Of a DNA stretch of 64,000 nucleotides, positions 53,147-64,000 are shown one piece after another. Location of the stretch: contig OZ024766.1 of assembly GCA_964016885.1 (NCBI GenBank), positions 13,888,001 to 13,952,000 of the forward strand. The letters are read 5' to 3'. This DNA comes from Eledone cirrhosa (taxonomy: Eukaryota). Every line of letters begins with the position of its first letter. Positions within the stretch are counted from its first letter, which is position 1. The position numbers and the translations under genes were made by a program. The notes beneath the pieces are model-generated. The model was given only the letters and a program-made list of their open reading frames with translations. It searched no databases and was not told the origin of the DNA.

Positions 53147-53294
53147 CTTAATAGCAGGTGTGTTCATTAACAACTGTGCAATATCTGTACAGTCCTTAAT
53201 GACGGCCATGTGGAGTGGAGTATACCCGTCTTCATCCTGACAATTTACATCCACTCCAGAGGACAGCAAGGATTTCACCTTTTTATAGTTTTTT
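53147..53294 (-). CDS. ANK-RING-Death gene, coding exon 2 (ankyrin repeats 1-2)
   Basis: TTTCAG acceptor, AAG|GTGGGT donor, phase 2-0; KNYKKVKSLLSSGVDVNCQDEDGYTPLHMAVIKDCTDIAQLLMNTPAIK. Confidence 0.9.
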
Positions 53295-53594
53295 CTGAAA
53301 GTAGTAGAAATAAATACAAATACACATATATAGGAAATGAAGGCACATGGCTTAGTGGTTAGTGTGTTCTACTGAAGATCATAAGGTTGTGAGTTTGAGT
53401 CCTGGGGATGGCTTGTGTCCTTGAGCAAGACATTTTATTACATGATGATCCAGTCTACTCAGCTAGCAAAACTGAGTTGTACCAGTAATACAAAGGGTCA
53501 GCCTTGTTAATCTGCTTATCCTTGAGAACTACAATAAAGGTACACATTCATGTCTGTAAAGTGGTTGGTGATAGGAAGGGCATCCAGACCAGGA

Positions 53595-54185
53595 TACTGG
53601 AATAGCCTAACACCCTCATCTAGGAACATCAACTGATACATCAGTAAGGACCAGTGATGGTGAGGCTGAGATGCTGAAAGAGCCAAGCACCTTCACCGAG
53701 GAGCATCAAGTGACACATCAGTAAAGCATGGTGATGGTGAAACTAAGATACTGCAATAGCCAAGTACCCTCACCTATGAGTATCAACTGATATATCAATA
53801 AAGCATGGTGATGGTGAGGCTGAGATACTGGAATAGCCAAGCACCTTTACATAAGAGCACCATGAGATACATCAGTGAAGCCAAGTGATGGTGAGACTGA
53901 GATACTGGAATAACCAAGTTCTCTCACCAGGGAATATCAACTGGTATGACCGTAAGGCCTGGTGATGGTGAGGCTGAGATGCTGGAATAGCCAAGCACCT
54001 TTACATAAGAGCACCATGAGATACATCAGTAAAGCCAGGTGATGGTGAGACTGAGATACTGGAATAACCAAGCTCTCTCACCAGGGTGTATCAACTGGTA
54101 TGACCGTAAGGCCTGGTGATGGTGAGGCTGAGATGCTGGAATAGCCAAGCAGCCTCACCACCAGGAACATCACCTGATACATTGG
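53595..54185. repeat. Diverged about 60-bp tandem repeat
   Basis: GGTGATGGTGAGGCTGAGATACTGGAATAGCCAAGCACC recurring. Confidence 0.85.
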
Positions 54186-54294
54186 TAAGTGAAGCCACCA
54201 ACAAGAACAAGAGCCTAATTGTCAATGGCTACCAACTCCCCCATGAAAGTATGAAATAAATCAAACAGAATAGAAATAATTGTTGTAAACTTAC

Positions 54295-54380
54295 TGTAAA
54301 ACAGCTTCATGTAGTGTTATGTTACCAGTTCTGTCTTCCTTTAGCTGTAAACTAGCTGCTGCTCCACTTAATTTCTCCAT
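54295..54380 (-). CDS. ANK-RING-Death gene, coding exon 1 (putative ATG)
   Basis: AAAATGG start context, CA|GTAAGT donor, phase 2; MEKLSGAAASLQLKEDRTGNITLHEAVLQ; an acceptor at 54386-54387 implies upstream exon(s). Confidence 0.8.
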
Positions 54381-54618
54381 TTTAGCTGTTAATATATATA
54401 TATTTATATATATACACACACATGTATGAATATACATATGCGAGTGTGTTTTATTAAACGTAACTTAACGTTAAAAGCTTAAATGTAAGATTTTTGCCTA
54501 TGAAAATTAATCTAAAAAAAGTGGACACCATTGCCTATGTGACTTAAACTCACATTTGCCTTATACAGGACATCTGTGCTTACCAGTTGCAATCAACATA
54601 TATATATATATATATACA

Positions 54619-54658
<40 letters not shown>

Positions 54659-56579
54659 TGTATATATATATATATATATATGTATACACTCCCGTCCCAC
54701 TAACCCCACCTCCACCGCCATCTACACCACCCCTTTGATGTAAAGCTATGTTTGTACCACAACATCCAGTCCTAAATAAATGAGGTTGTGTAGTTGTCAC
54801 GACAAAAAAACACAGTCCACACTGTAATGTGGCCGTGTAGGTAACACAGTAAAAACCTCCCAGTTCCACACTGTAAACGTGGTTGGTGTTAGGAAGGGTA
54901 CCCAGCCATAGAAAACCCGCCAGACAGTCCTGAGCAAGACAACCAACCTCGCCTCAAGTGGGACAATTCCCGTCCAGACCCATGCTAGCGTGGAAAATGG
55001 ACGTTAAACGATGATGATGATTATGATATATATATATATATGGGTGTGTATGTGTATGTATGTGTGTATATATATATGTGTATGTATGTGTATATATATA
55101 TGTGTATGTATGTATGTGTTGATATCTGTTTGTATGTAGTATATATGGACTGTAGATATATTTACATATAGGGAAGTGAATATGTGAGCCAGCATGTCCC
55201 CCCACCCTTCCTGTCCCAAACCAATATCAACAACACATCTTTGACAAATCTTCCCAAACTATCCTTCTTTTCTCTTTTTCCTGTCATCCCATTCTTATCA
55301 AAAGACATGTATCTTACACCTCATTAAAACCCAGACAAGCACCTAAATTCATCTTTGATATAGAAATTTGTAGAAGATATTCTTTATGGATTTGGAAGAG
55401 TTGATTCAGCTATGCCATTATATACTCATCAAAGGTCAGCTAATGAAATAAAACCAGCAGGAGAGTATGTTTACAACTACCTTCTCAAACACCCTTATCT
55501 TACAACCTCACCATTTTCTGAGTGTATATATGTGTGTGTATGTGTGTATGTGTGTGTGTGTATGCTTTAATTCCTATGGACCTTCATCATCATCAACACT
55601 CATTAACACCACATGCCAACCCCAGACACATCCAAATCTCTCTCTTATATATAGTCACACATTTCAACACAACCTGATCTCAGTTTGACAATCTCCACAG
55701 ACAGAAGAATGCGAGAAAGTTCTCCAACCCAAGTTAACCAGGAATCTATAAAATTCTTCCCACCAAAGTTAAAGAACTTACTGGATCTATCAACTCATAA
55801 TATTATAATATTATAAAAATTAAATCAAACATGTTTTAACACTACAAATGACATCATTCTTTTCCTTTTTTTCAAATATACCTAACTGTACCAAGGATCT
55901 CACACATTTTCAAATATATATATAAATATATATACACATACAAGGGTGAGTCAAAATATAATGCAATTTTTGTCATAGAAAACATACTTCGGCACTGGGC
56001 ATATCAAAAGATCGAAATAATGGAGGTAAACTTTGTTCCATCATTATCTTTTCCTGCTTATTTCAAGATTTAGTTCTATTAAAATGTCCAAATGTCAATA
56101 CTTCCAGCTACGATATAATGGACGCTATATCACATCGTTTATATTTCCATCACTAATTTTCTCCTTTTTCGTTTTCATAAAATTTCACCATGATGCAGTT
56201 TATATATAATATCATCTTTTTTAAATGTATCATGGATTACTTTACTGATTACAGAAGAAAGTGTAACACACTCTCTTCAATTTCTGTGGATATTGTCAAT
56301 TACAATTTTATTTGAGGTATCATATCTACATGTATGTATATTTGTGTATAATATCTATATACACACTACACATGCCAGCAGAAAACCAACCGAAGGGTGT
56401 ATATAACAGCAACAACAACAGAACAAGACAAAGATTACCAGGTAACTTACTTTTTCGTCTATTTTACATTGTTTAGTCTTATATCACTTTCCACATTTTA
56501 CGTATGTGTGTGTATTTATATATATATATATATGCTGTGGTTATCCCGATCTCACTCGGGATCTCTCACACACACACAT

Positions 56580-57575
56580 GCTAACTTAAAGAATGCCACG
56601 GTACTAAAGTACGCAGATGACATCAAGCTGTACCTTGAGATAAAAAGGACAGATCCTGAACACTATAGATCTTGCTTGCAGTCTGACCAGGACACAATGC
56701 AACAATGGATCTCAGACTGGCAACTCAAGCTAGCTGTGGACAAGTGCACCACCATACATTTTGGGAGTAAAAACCCAGCGTCCACATACTCCCTCCACAG
56801 CACTAATATCAAGAAGTCTTCTTGTGAACGTGACCTGGGCATTACGGTCAGCAGCGATTTGCGTTGGACGAAGCACGTCTGTAAAATTGTCAAGAGCGTC
56901 AAGGGTGTCTTAGCATCACTCAGCAAGACCTTTGTCAGCCGTTCTCCAGATATCTATTTAAGGCTGTACATGGCTATGGTGCGGCCACACTTAGAATTTG
57001 CATCACCAGTCTGGAACCCCTATCTTGCTCAGAACATTGACCGCCTGGAAACTGTTCAGAGACGTGCAACCAAGCGAATACCCTCCATCAGGCATCTACC
57101 TTACACTGAGCGCCTTGCTTCCCTGGGCATGGATACATTGAAGCTCCGACGCCTGGCAACTGACTTGATACACACCCACAAAATTGTTAACCATCTTGCC
57201 AACAACAACCCTGAGTACCTTTTTGATTTCCATGTGTCTAACACACGTGGACATGCCCACAAAGTCAGAAAACTGCACAGTTCCCAAGACTTTCGGAAAC
57301 ATTTTTTCACGCTCAGAGTTGCTGAAGCATGGAACAAACTACCTGCATCAGTTGTTAGCTGTCGAGACACTGCAACCTTTAAGGCCTCCATGCTTCCCGA
57401 GATCCGCAAACACTACAGCTAATGTTCCCCCTCCATACACATACACACATGTATACCATGACTCATACCCTATTCACTTCCCGGACATTTGTGTATTATT
57501 CTATGTACTATACATACACCTTTTACGAGTTGTAGTGCACTTGAGCACTTTACACAATAATTTCATTATTATTAT
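56580..57575 (+). mobile_element. 5'-truncated CR1-like LINE
   Basis: KYADDIKL, ERDLGI, VRPHLEFASPVWNP, RGH..K, FFTLRV..WNKLP; (ATT)n tail. Confidence 0.9.
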
Positions 57576-57708
57576 TATTATTTTATATATATGTTTGTTT
57601 GTTTCATCTCTGACACACACACACATATATATATATATGTATGTTTGTCTCAGGTTCAATCAGAGGTAACCACAGTAAGTACGGTGCTCAATACATAGCA
57701 GAGTATGA

Positions 57709-57840
57709 ATATTTAATATAGAAATGGCTTCTACAGGACTAGAACTGTTTCAGTCAGGAGAAATCATCAGGAAGCTTCCTGGTGATTTCTCCCGAATCAA
57801 ACAAGTCTAGTCCTGTAGAAGCCATGTCTATATTAAATAT
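57709..57840. repeat. 132-bp imperfect palindrome centred on AAGCTT
   Basis: ATATTTAATATAGAAATGGCTTCTACAGGACTAGA versus TCTAGTCCTGTAGAAGCCATGTCTATATTAAATAT. Confidence 0.85.
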
Positions 57841-57854
57841 AAATATATATATAT

Positions 57855-58217
57855 CATCATCATCATTTTACGTCCACTTTTCCCTGCTTGCAAGGGTGGG
57901 ATGGGTCCTATTCAGCACAGCATCTCTCCACTTGTCACGGTCCTTCGTCATCTCCTCCGTGAGATTCAGCGATCTGAGGTCTGCTCTCACCACCTCCCCT
58001 CATGTTTTTTGTGGTCTTCCTCTACTGTGTCTTCCTTCTATTAGGATCTCTTGGCACTTCTTTACTCAGCGGTCATCTACCATGAGCATCACATGTCCAT
58101 ACTATCTCAGTCTCTTCTCCTGCACACCACAACTTATCCCTCTTATACTCAGTTTCTCTCTCAACTCATCTATGCTTGGTCGTTCACGCACATTGACATT
58201 GCACATCCAACGGAGCA
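57855..58217 (-). mobile_element. 3' fragment of RTE-X-like LINE
   Basis: Reverse-complement match to 27075-27440. Confidence 0.85.
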
Positions 58218-58380
58218 TACATATATATATATATATATATATAATATTAATTTGAGTATTTTTGGGGTAATTAGCGACACTTCAGTATGCAGGGTAGAGC
58301 ACTATATGCGACCAGTGCTTTGAGAAAACAACACCATACTTCGAGATGGGGCATATCAAAATATCAGAAGTAAGCTTTAC

Positions 58381-59670
58381 TTCATCTAGCTGTCTGGTGT
58401 GGTCATCTAGCTGTCTGGTGTGGTCATCTAGCTGTCTGGTGTGGTCATCTAGCTGTCTGGTGTGGTCATCTAGCTGTCTGGTGTGGTCATCTAGCTGTCT
58501 GGTGTGGTCATCTAGCTGTCTGGTGTGGTCATCTAGCTGTCTCCTGTGGTCATCTAGCTGTCTGGTGTGGTCATCTAGCTGTCTCCTGTGGTCATCTAGC
58601 TGTCTGGTGTGGTCATCTAGCTGTCTCCTGTGGTCATCTAGCTGTCTGGTGTGGTCATCTAGCTGTCTGGTGTGGTCATCTAGCTGTCTGATGTGGTCAT
58701 CTAGCTGTCTGGTGTGGTCATCTAGCTGTCTGATGTGGTCATCTAGCTGTCTGGTGTGGTCATCTAACTGTCTGGTGTGGTCATCTAGCTGTCTGATGTG
58801 GTCACCTAGCCGTCTGATGTGGTCACCTAGCTGTCTGATGTGGTCATTTAGCTGTCTGATGTGGTCACCTATCTGTCTGATGTGCTCACCTAGCTGTCTG
58901 ATGTGGTCATCTAGCTGTCTGATGTGGTCATCTAGCTGTCTGATGTGGTCATCTAGCTGTCTGGTGTGGTCATCTAGCTGTCTGGTGTGGTCATCTAACT
59001 GTCTGGTGTGGTCATCTAGCTGTCTGATGTGGTCATCTAGCTTAGCTGTCTGATGTGGTCATCTAGCTGTCTGGTGTGGTCATCTAGCTGTCTGATGTGG
59101 TCATCTAGCTGTCAGGTGTGGTCATCTAGCTGTCTGGTGTGGTCATCTAGCTGTCAGATGTGGTCATCTAGCTGTCTGGTGTGGTCATCTAGCTGTCAGA
59201 TGTGGTCATCTAGCTGTCTGGTGTGGTCATCTAGCTGTCAGATGTGGTCATCTAGCTGTCAGATGTGGTCATCTAGCTGTCTGATGTGGTCATCTAGCTG
59301 TCTGATGTGGTCATCTAGCTGTCTGATGTGGTCACCTAGCCGTCTGATGTGGTCACCTAGCTGTCTGATGTGGTCATTTAGCTGTCTGATGTGGTCACCT
59401 ATCTGTCTGATGTGCTCACCTAGCTGTCTGATGTGGTCATCTAGCTGTCTGATGTGGTCATCTAGCTGTCTGGTGTGGTCATCTAGCTGTCTGGTGTGGT
59501 CATCTAGCTGTCTGGTGTGGTCATCTAGCTGTCAGATGTGGTCATCTAGCTGTCTGATGTGGTCATCTAGCTGTCAGATGTGGTCATCTAGCTGTCTGGT
59601 GTGGTCATCTAGCTGTCAGATGTGGTCATCTAGCTGTCAGGTGTGGTCATCTAGCTGTCTGATGTGGTCA
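58381..59670. repeat. 21-bp minisatellite, about 61 copies
   Basis: TGGTCATCTAGCTGTCTGGTG/ATG unit. Confidence 0.97.
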
Positions 59671-60004
59671 TTGTTGTTATATAATCGTTTGCAGTACAGT
59701 TACGTCCCTTTACGGACTGAGCTCAAATCCCGCCGAGGTAAACTTTGCCTTACGCGGTCGATAAAATAAAGTACCAGTAATACACTGGAATTATTGCAGG
59801 CCTTGTGCCAAAAGTAGAAACAATTATATATATAACAGTGAATATGAATAAACAAAGTTAATTTTAGCCTGTTGACTTACACTTGTTGTTTTATATATAT
59901 ACTAGACCTCCAGTGACCTGTTGGGTCACGTACACTTAAATATAATTTTTACTTAATTAAAATATACACAGACATGTATATATACACAGACATGTATATA
60001 TATA

Positions 60005-60130
60005 TAGGAAAATGTATGACCCCGACGGCAGAGCTCAAGCCGTTTCGACGGTTATTTCTGGACTAAATTTAGTCCAGAAATAGACGTTGAAACGGCTTGA
60101 GCTCTGCCGTCGGGGTCATACATCTTCCTA
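60005..60130. repeat. 126-bp near-perfect palindrome
   Basis: TAGGAA.ATGTATGACCCCGACGGCAGAGCTCAAGCCGTTTC mirrored around AAATTT at 60065-60070. Confidence 0.9.
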
Positions 60131-61199
60131 TTACCCACTCTACTACCCTAAGTATTGAGTACTCTGGTGCATTATGGTCCATCTGGTTCCTTACTACAAC
60201 TCCTTCGTTATAAATATATATATGTGTGTATATATAAGTGTGTGTGTGTGTGGGTGTCTGTGACCTCTATACACTGGTTACAGACAGACACACACACACA
60301 CATATATATATATATACACACACTTAGAAACTCTTCCTATTCAGCAAGAGACAGTAATGTTGTAATTCAATTCTTTGAAGTCTCTGGTTATAAATTCATT
60401 CAACAACACCACCAGCTCTCTCTCTTCCATCCTCTGTCTCCTCTCCCTCTTTCTATGTCTCTCGTTCAATCTACTCTTTCACAACCACTATCTCTTTCTA
60501 TCTTTCTCACTCTCTATTTATGAAGGTACGCTGAAAAACTCCGTATCTCGGGAACCTGTGCTCCAATTTATGTGAAACTTGTTTTATTACATTTGTATTC
60601 CCATTTCAGGGCCAACTTCCTTTCAAACTATTTTCCCATTATGTGCCCTTTTGGTTGTATTACATTACACTAGCAGAAAAACCACACTTCAGGTAGTTTT
60701 CTGCTAGCATGTGTAGTGTGTATATTGATATTATATGCAGGTATATATATACATGTAGATATGATACATCAAATAAAATCATAATTGACAATATATAATA
60801 CATAGAAATTGAACGAAGATTGCGTTACACTGTCTTATGTAATAAGTAACGTAATCCATGATACATTAAAAAAGACGATATTATATATAAACTGCGTTAG
60901 GAGAAAATTAGTGACGGAAAATTAGTATGTTTATTTTAGCGATGGCCAACAGGAAGTGTTGACATTTGAAAATTTTAAAGAAGTGAATCTTTAAATAAAC
61001 AAAATATATTTAATGAATAGCCACGAAATTTAGTAGATAAATTATGTAATATTCATTCATTATTTATTCAAGGTAACCCAACTTATTTTACAAACGGGAT
61101 AAAACTAAAAAAATCGTACGCAATCCCGCAGGCCTTCCTTATAGTTTAGATTACAGATAAGCAAGCAATAACAGAGTTTTAGTAGTAGATAGATAGATA

Positions 61200-61522
61200 G
61201 ATATCTTTATCTGCCACAGGTGTGCACAAAAATGGGACATTACAAGACGTGACGGCGGGGATTTTACATAAAAATCATATAACTTTAACATTAATAAATA
61301 ACAATAAACTATATATAATAAAATAACAATTGAAATCCCCAATAGGGGGCAACGTTACTACAGGGTTGTTTTACACCCCATGGATAGAACAACCCTCAAC
61401 ACCAGGAACACGTTTTGTAGGTGTTCCCGTCTTCCCTCTGTTTATCTTCCTCAACCTACAGGTTTATATCACTCGGGACATTTTCGCCACATTCACTCAT
61501 CTTTCAGCGAATTTACTGAGGT
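61200..61522 (-). mobile_element. 3' tip of a Tx1-like LINE within an (AGAT)n tract
   Basis: Minus strand SKFAER*VNVAKMSRV resembles STFAKRWVNVARMARV at 24900-24960; AGAT repeats on both sides. Confidence 0.6.
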
Positions 61523-62085
61523 GAGATAGATAGACAGATAGATATATAGATAGATGTATTGTTTCTACTTTTGGCACAAGGCCAGCAATTACCCTAGTGC
61601 ATTGCTGGTGCTTTATTCTATCGATTCCGTAAGGATGAAAGGCAAAATTAACCTTGGCGGGGTTTTAACTCAAACCATAAAGGGTTGTAACTCTATGCCT
61701 CACAGCATGGCGTCCGACTCTCTACAAATACTGCCAATCCACTGCCCTTTTCTATCTACAGGAAGTGTTCCATCCCCAAGCCTTAATAGATTCAGGGTGA
61801 ACAGCTCTGATTGTTCACCTCTACCAAGGTCTGCCCTCATCTTTGTAGAGAGTTCAAAGTGTTGAATTTTTTCAAACAGGCTCAGATTTCATCACTTATT
61901 TCCTTTTGGAATGACAGGGAGGGTTTGTCTAGAACACAGGTTCTCAACCCATTTAGGCCAAACGCCCCCTTTTGTCCCTCGAAACCACGGAACGCCCCCC
62001 AACACCATATTGTTTCACTTTTTCAATATACTACTGATTTTTATATCAGTAGATTACTAAAAAATTGATTAACAATATTCCAAAC

Positions 62086-63133
62086 ATGTGTGTATTATCT
62101 GATTATGTGTTGTATGTGGTCCTAGATGTATGTATTATCTGATTATGTGTTGTATGTGGTCCTAGATGTGTGTATTATCTGATTATGTGTTGTATGTGGT
62201 CCTAGATGTGTGTATTATCTGATTATGTGTTGTATGTGGTCCTAGATGTGTGTATTATCTGATTATATGTTGTATGTGGTCCTAGATGTGTATATTATCT
62301 GATTATGTGTTGTTTGTGGTCCTAGATATGTGTATTATCTGATTATGTGTTGTATGTGGTCCTAGATGTGTGTATTATCTGATTATGTGTTGTATGTGGT
62401 CCTAGATGTGTGTATTATCTGATTATGTGTTGTATGTGGTCCTACATGTGTGTATTATCTGATTATGTGTTGTATGTGGTCCTAGATGTGTGTATTATCT
62501 GATTATGTGTTGTATGTAGTCCTAGATGTGTGTATTATCTGATTATGTGTCGTATGTGGTCCTAGATGTGTGTATTATCTGATTATGTGTTGTATGTGGT
62601 CCTAGATGTGTGTATTATCTGATTATGTGTTGTATGTGGTCCTAGATGTGTGTATTATCTGATTATGTGTTGTATGTGGTCCTAGATGTGTGTATTAGCT
62701 GATTATGTGTTGTATGTGGTCCTAGATGTGTGTATTATCTGATTATGTGTTGTATGTGGTCCTAGATGTGTGTATTATCTGATTATGTGTTGTATGTGGT
62801 CCTAGATGTGTGTATTATCTGATTATGTGTTGTTTGTGGTCCTAGATGTGTGTATTATCTGATTATGTGTTGTATGTGGTCCTAGATGTGTGTATTATCT
62901 GATTATGTGTTGTATGTGGTCCTAGATGTGTGTATTATCTGATTATGTGTTGTATGTGGTCCTAGATGTGTGTATTATCTGATTATGTGTTGTATGTGGT
63001 CCTAGATGTGTGTATTATCTGATTATGTGTTGTATGTGGTCCTAGATGTGTGTATTATCTGATTATGTATTGTATGTGGTCCTAGATGTGTGTATTATCT
63101 GATTATGTGTTGTATGTGGTCCTAGATGTGTGT
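62086..63133. repeat. 40-bp satellite, about 26 highly homogeneous copies, inside the hAT element
   Basis: GATTATGTGTTGTATGTGGTCCTAGATGTGTGTATTATCT. Confidence 0.97.
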
Positions 63134-63298
63134 TCTACTCGCTTCTGTTTTTTTCTTTTCTTTTTTTTATTTGTAATATTATTTATACAATAGGGAATAA
63201 AATGGATCTACATAGTGTTAACTCGTTACGGTTGAGTCAATAATTTCAGACAAGATTCTAACTGTCTGCGCTCAAAGTGTCTTTGACCCAGTTGACTG

Positions 63299-63472
63299 GG
63301 TTTTTCCATTTTTAGGATCTCAATTACCGGTTAACGTCTCAATTACCGGACATGCCTGCACACCTGCTCACAGCTGCAGACAGCATACCTATAGTCTGAC
63401 CGCAGGTGTGCAGGCATGTCCGGTAATTGAGACGTTAACCGGTAATTGAGATCCTAAAATTTGGAAAAAACC
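63299..63472. repeat. Foldback (about 70-bp arms) nested in the hAT element
   Basis: TTTTAGGATCTCAATTACCGGTTAACGTCTCAATTACCGGACATGCCTGCACACCTGC and its reverse complement. Confidence 0.85.
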
Positions 63473-63609
63473 AACGCCCCCCAACCCCCTCCCACACCTA
63501 CAACCCCCCCCCCCCTCCTAACGCGACCTTGCTCCAAAACGCCCCCCGGGGGTGCATATGCCCCCCGTTGAGAAGCTTTGGTCTAGAATGTCCTCCACTT
63601 CCTCTTCCC

Positions 63610-64000
63610 ACTACTGCTGCTACTACCATTACTACTACCACTACCATTACTACTACTACTACAACTACTACTACTACTACTGCTACCACTACTACTACCA
63701 CTACTACTACTACCACTACTGCTGCTACTACCATTACTACTACCACTACCATTACTACTACTACTACAACTACTACTACTACTACTGCTACCACTACTAC
63801 TACCACTACTACCACTACTGCTGCTACAACCATTACTACTACTACCACCACCACTACTGCTGCTACCACCATTACTACTACTACCACTACTACTACTGCT
63901 ACTACCACCATTACTACTACAAGTGCTACCACTACCACTACTACTGCTACTACCACCATCATTACTACTACTACTACTGCTATTACCACCACCACTATCA
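63610..64000. repeat. (ACT/ACC)n trinucleotide microsatellite
   Basis: Direct inspection. Confidence 0.95.

Larger units (their letters stand above)
61935..63580. mobile_element. Non-autonomous hAT (Charlie-type) DNA transposon
   Basis: TIRs CACAGGTTCTCAAC / GTTGAGAAGCTTTG and an exact 8-bp TSD GTCTAGAA (61927-61934 and 63581-63588). Confidence 0.85.

Noticed and set aside
58346-59769. WSSSCLV/M repeat ORFs
   Set aside because: 21-bp minisatellite lacking stops in one frame; broken by an indel and without supporting gene structure
56445-59885. Possible upstream 5' exons of the ANK gene (GTAAGT donors on the minus strand near 56450 and 59880)
   Set aside because: Only donor-like hexamers; exons cannot be defined without transcripts
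60890-60970. ETS-like CAGGAAGT motif as a promoter
   Set aside because: Short motif expected by chance, with no supporting evidence
63498-63995. Poly-Val or poly-Thr (mucin-like) ORF
   Set aside because: (ACT)n microsatellite

Overview
Repeat-dense animal genomic DNA, very probably coleoid cephalopod (octopus-like). This is inferred from the tRNA/CORE-type SINEs, the RTE-type LINEs with (ATG)n tails, an HTGEKP-type C2H2 remnant and very long AT/GT microsatellites. The main host feature is missing from the ORF track: a spliced minus-strand gene with six coding exons (54380 to 38095). All five introns are GT-AG with matching phases, giving a 347-aa protein with about 5 ankyrin repeats, a C3HC4 RING finger and a C-terminal Death domain. 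An isolated phase 1-1 EGF-like exon (13862-13999) and a decayed exon (233-434) suggest a second, possibly decaying, minus-strand gene. The rest is transposon-derived: a near-full-length Helitron joined head-to-tail to its own deletion derivative, a second truncated Helitron inside the ankyrin gene, and RTE, RTE-X-like (PHD-bearing), CR1-like and Tx1-like LINE pieces. One RTE is split by an apparent 7.3-kb inversion. There is also a hAT MITE carrying a 40-bp satellite, several foldback palindromes, a 5S rRNA fragment and many mini- and microsatellites. Repeat boundaries are approximate unless termini or TSDs are quoted.
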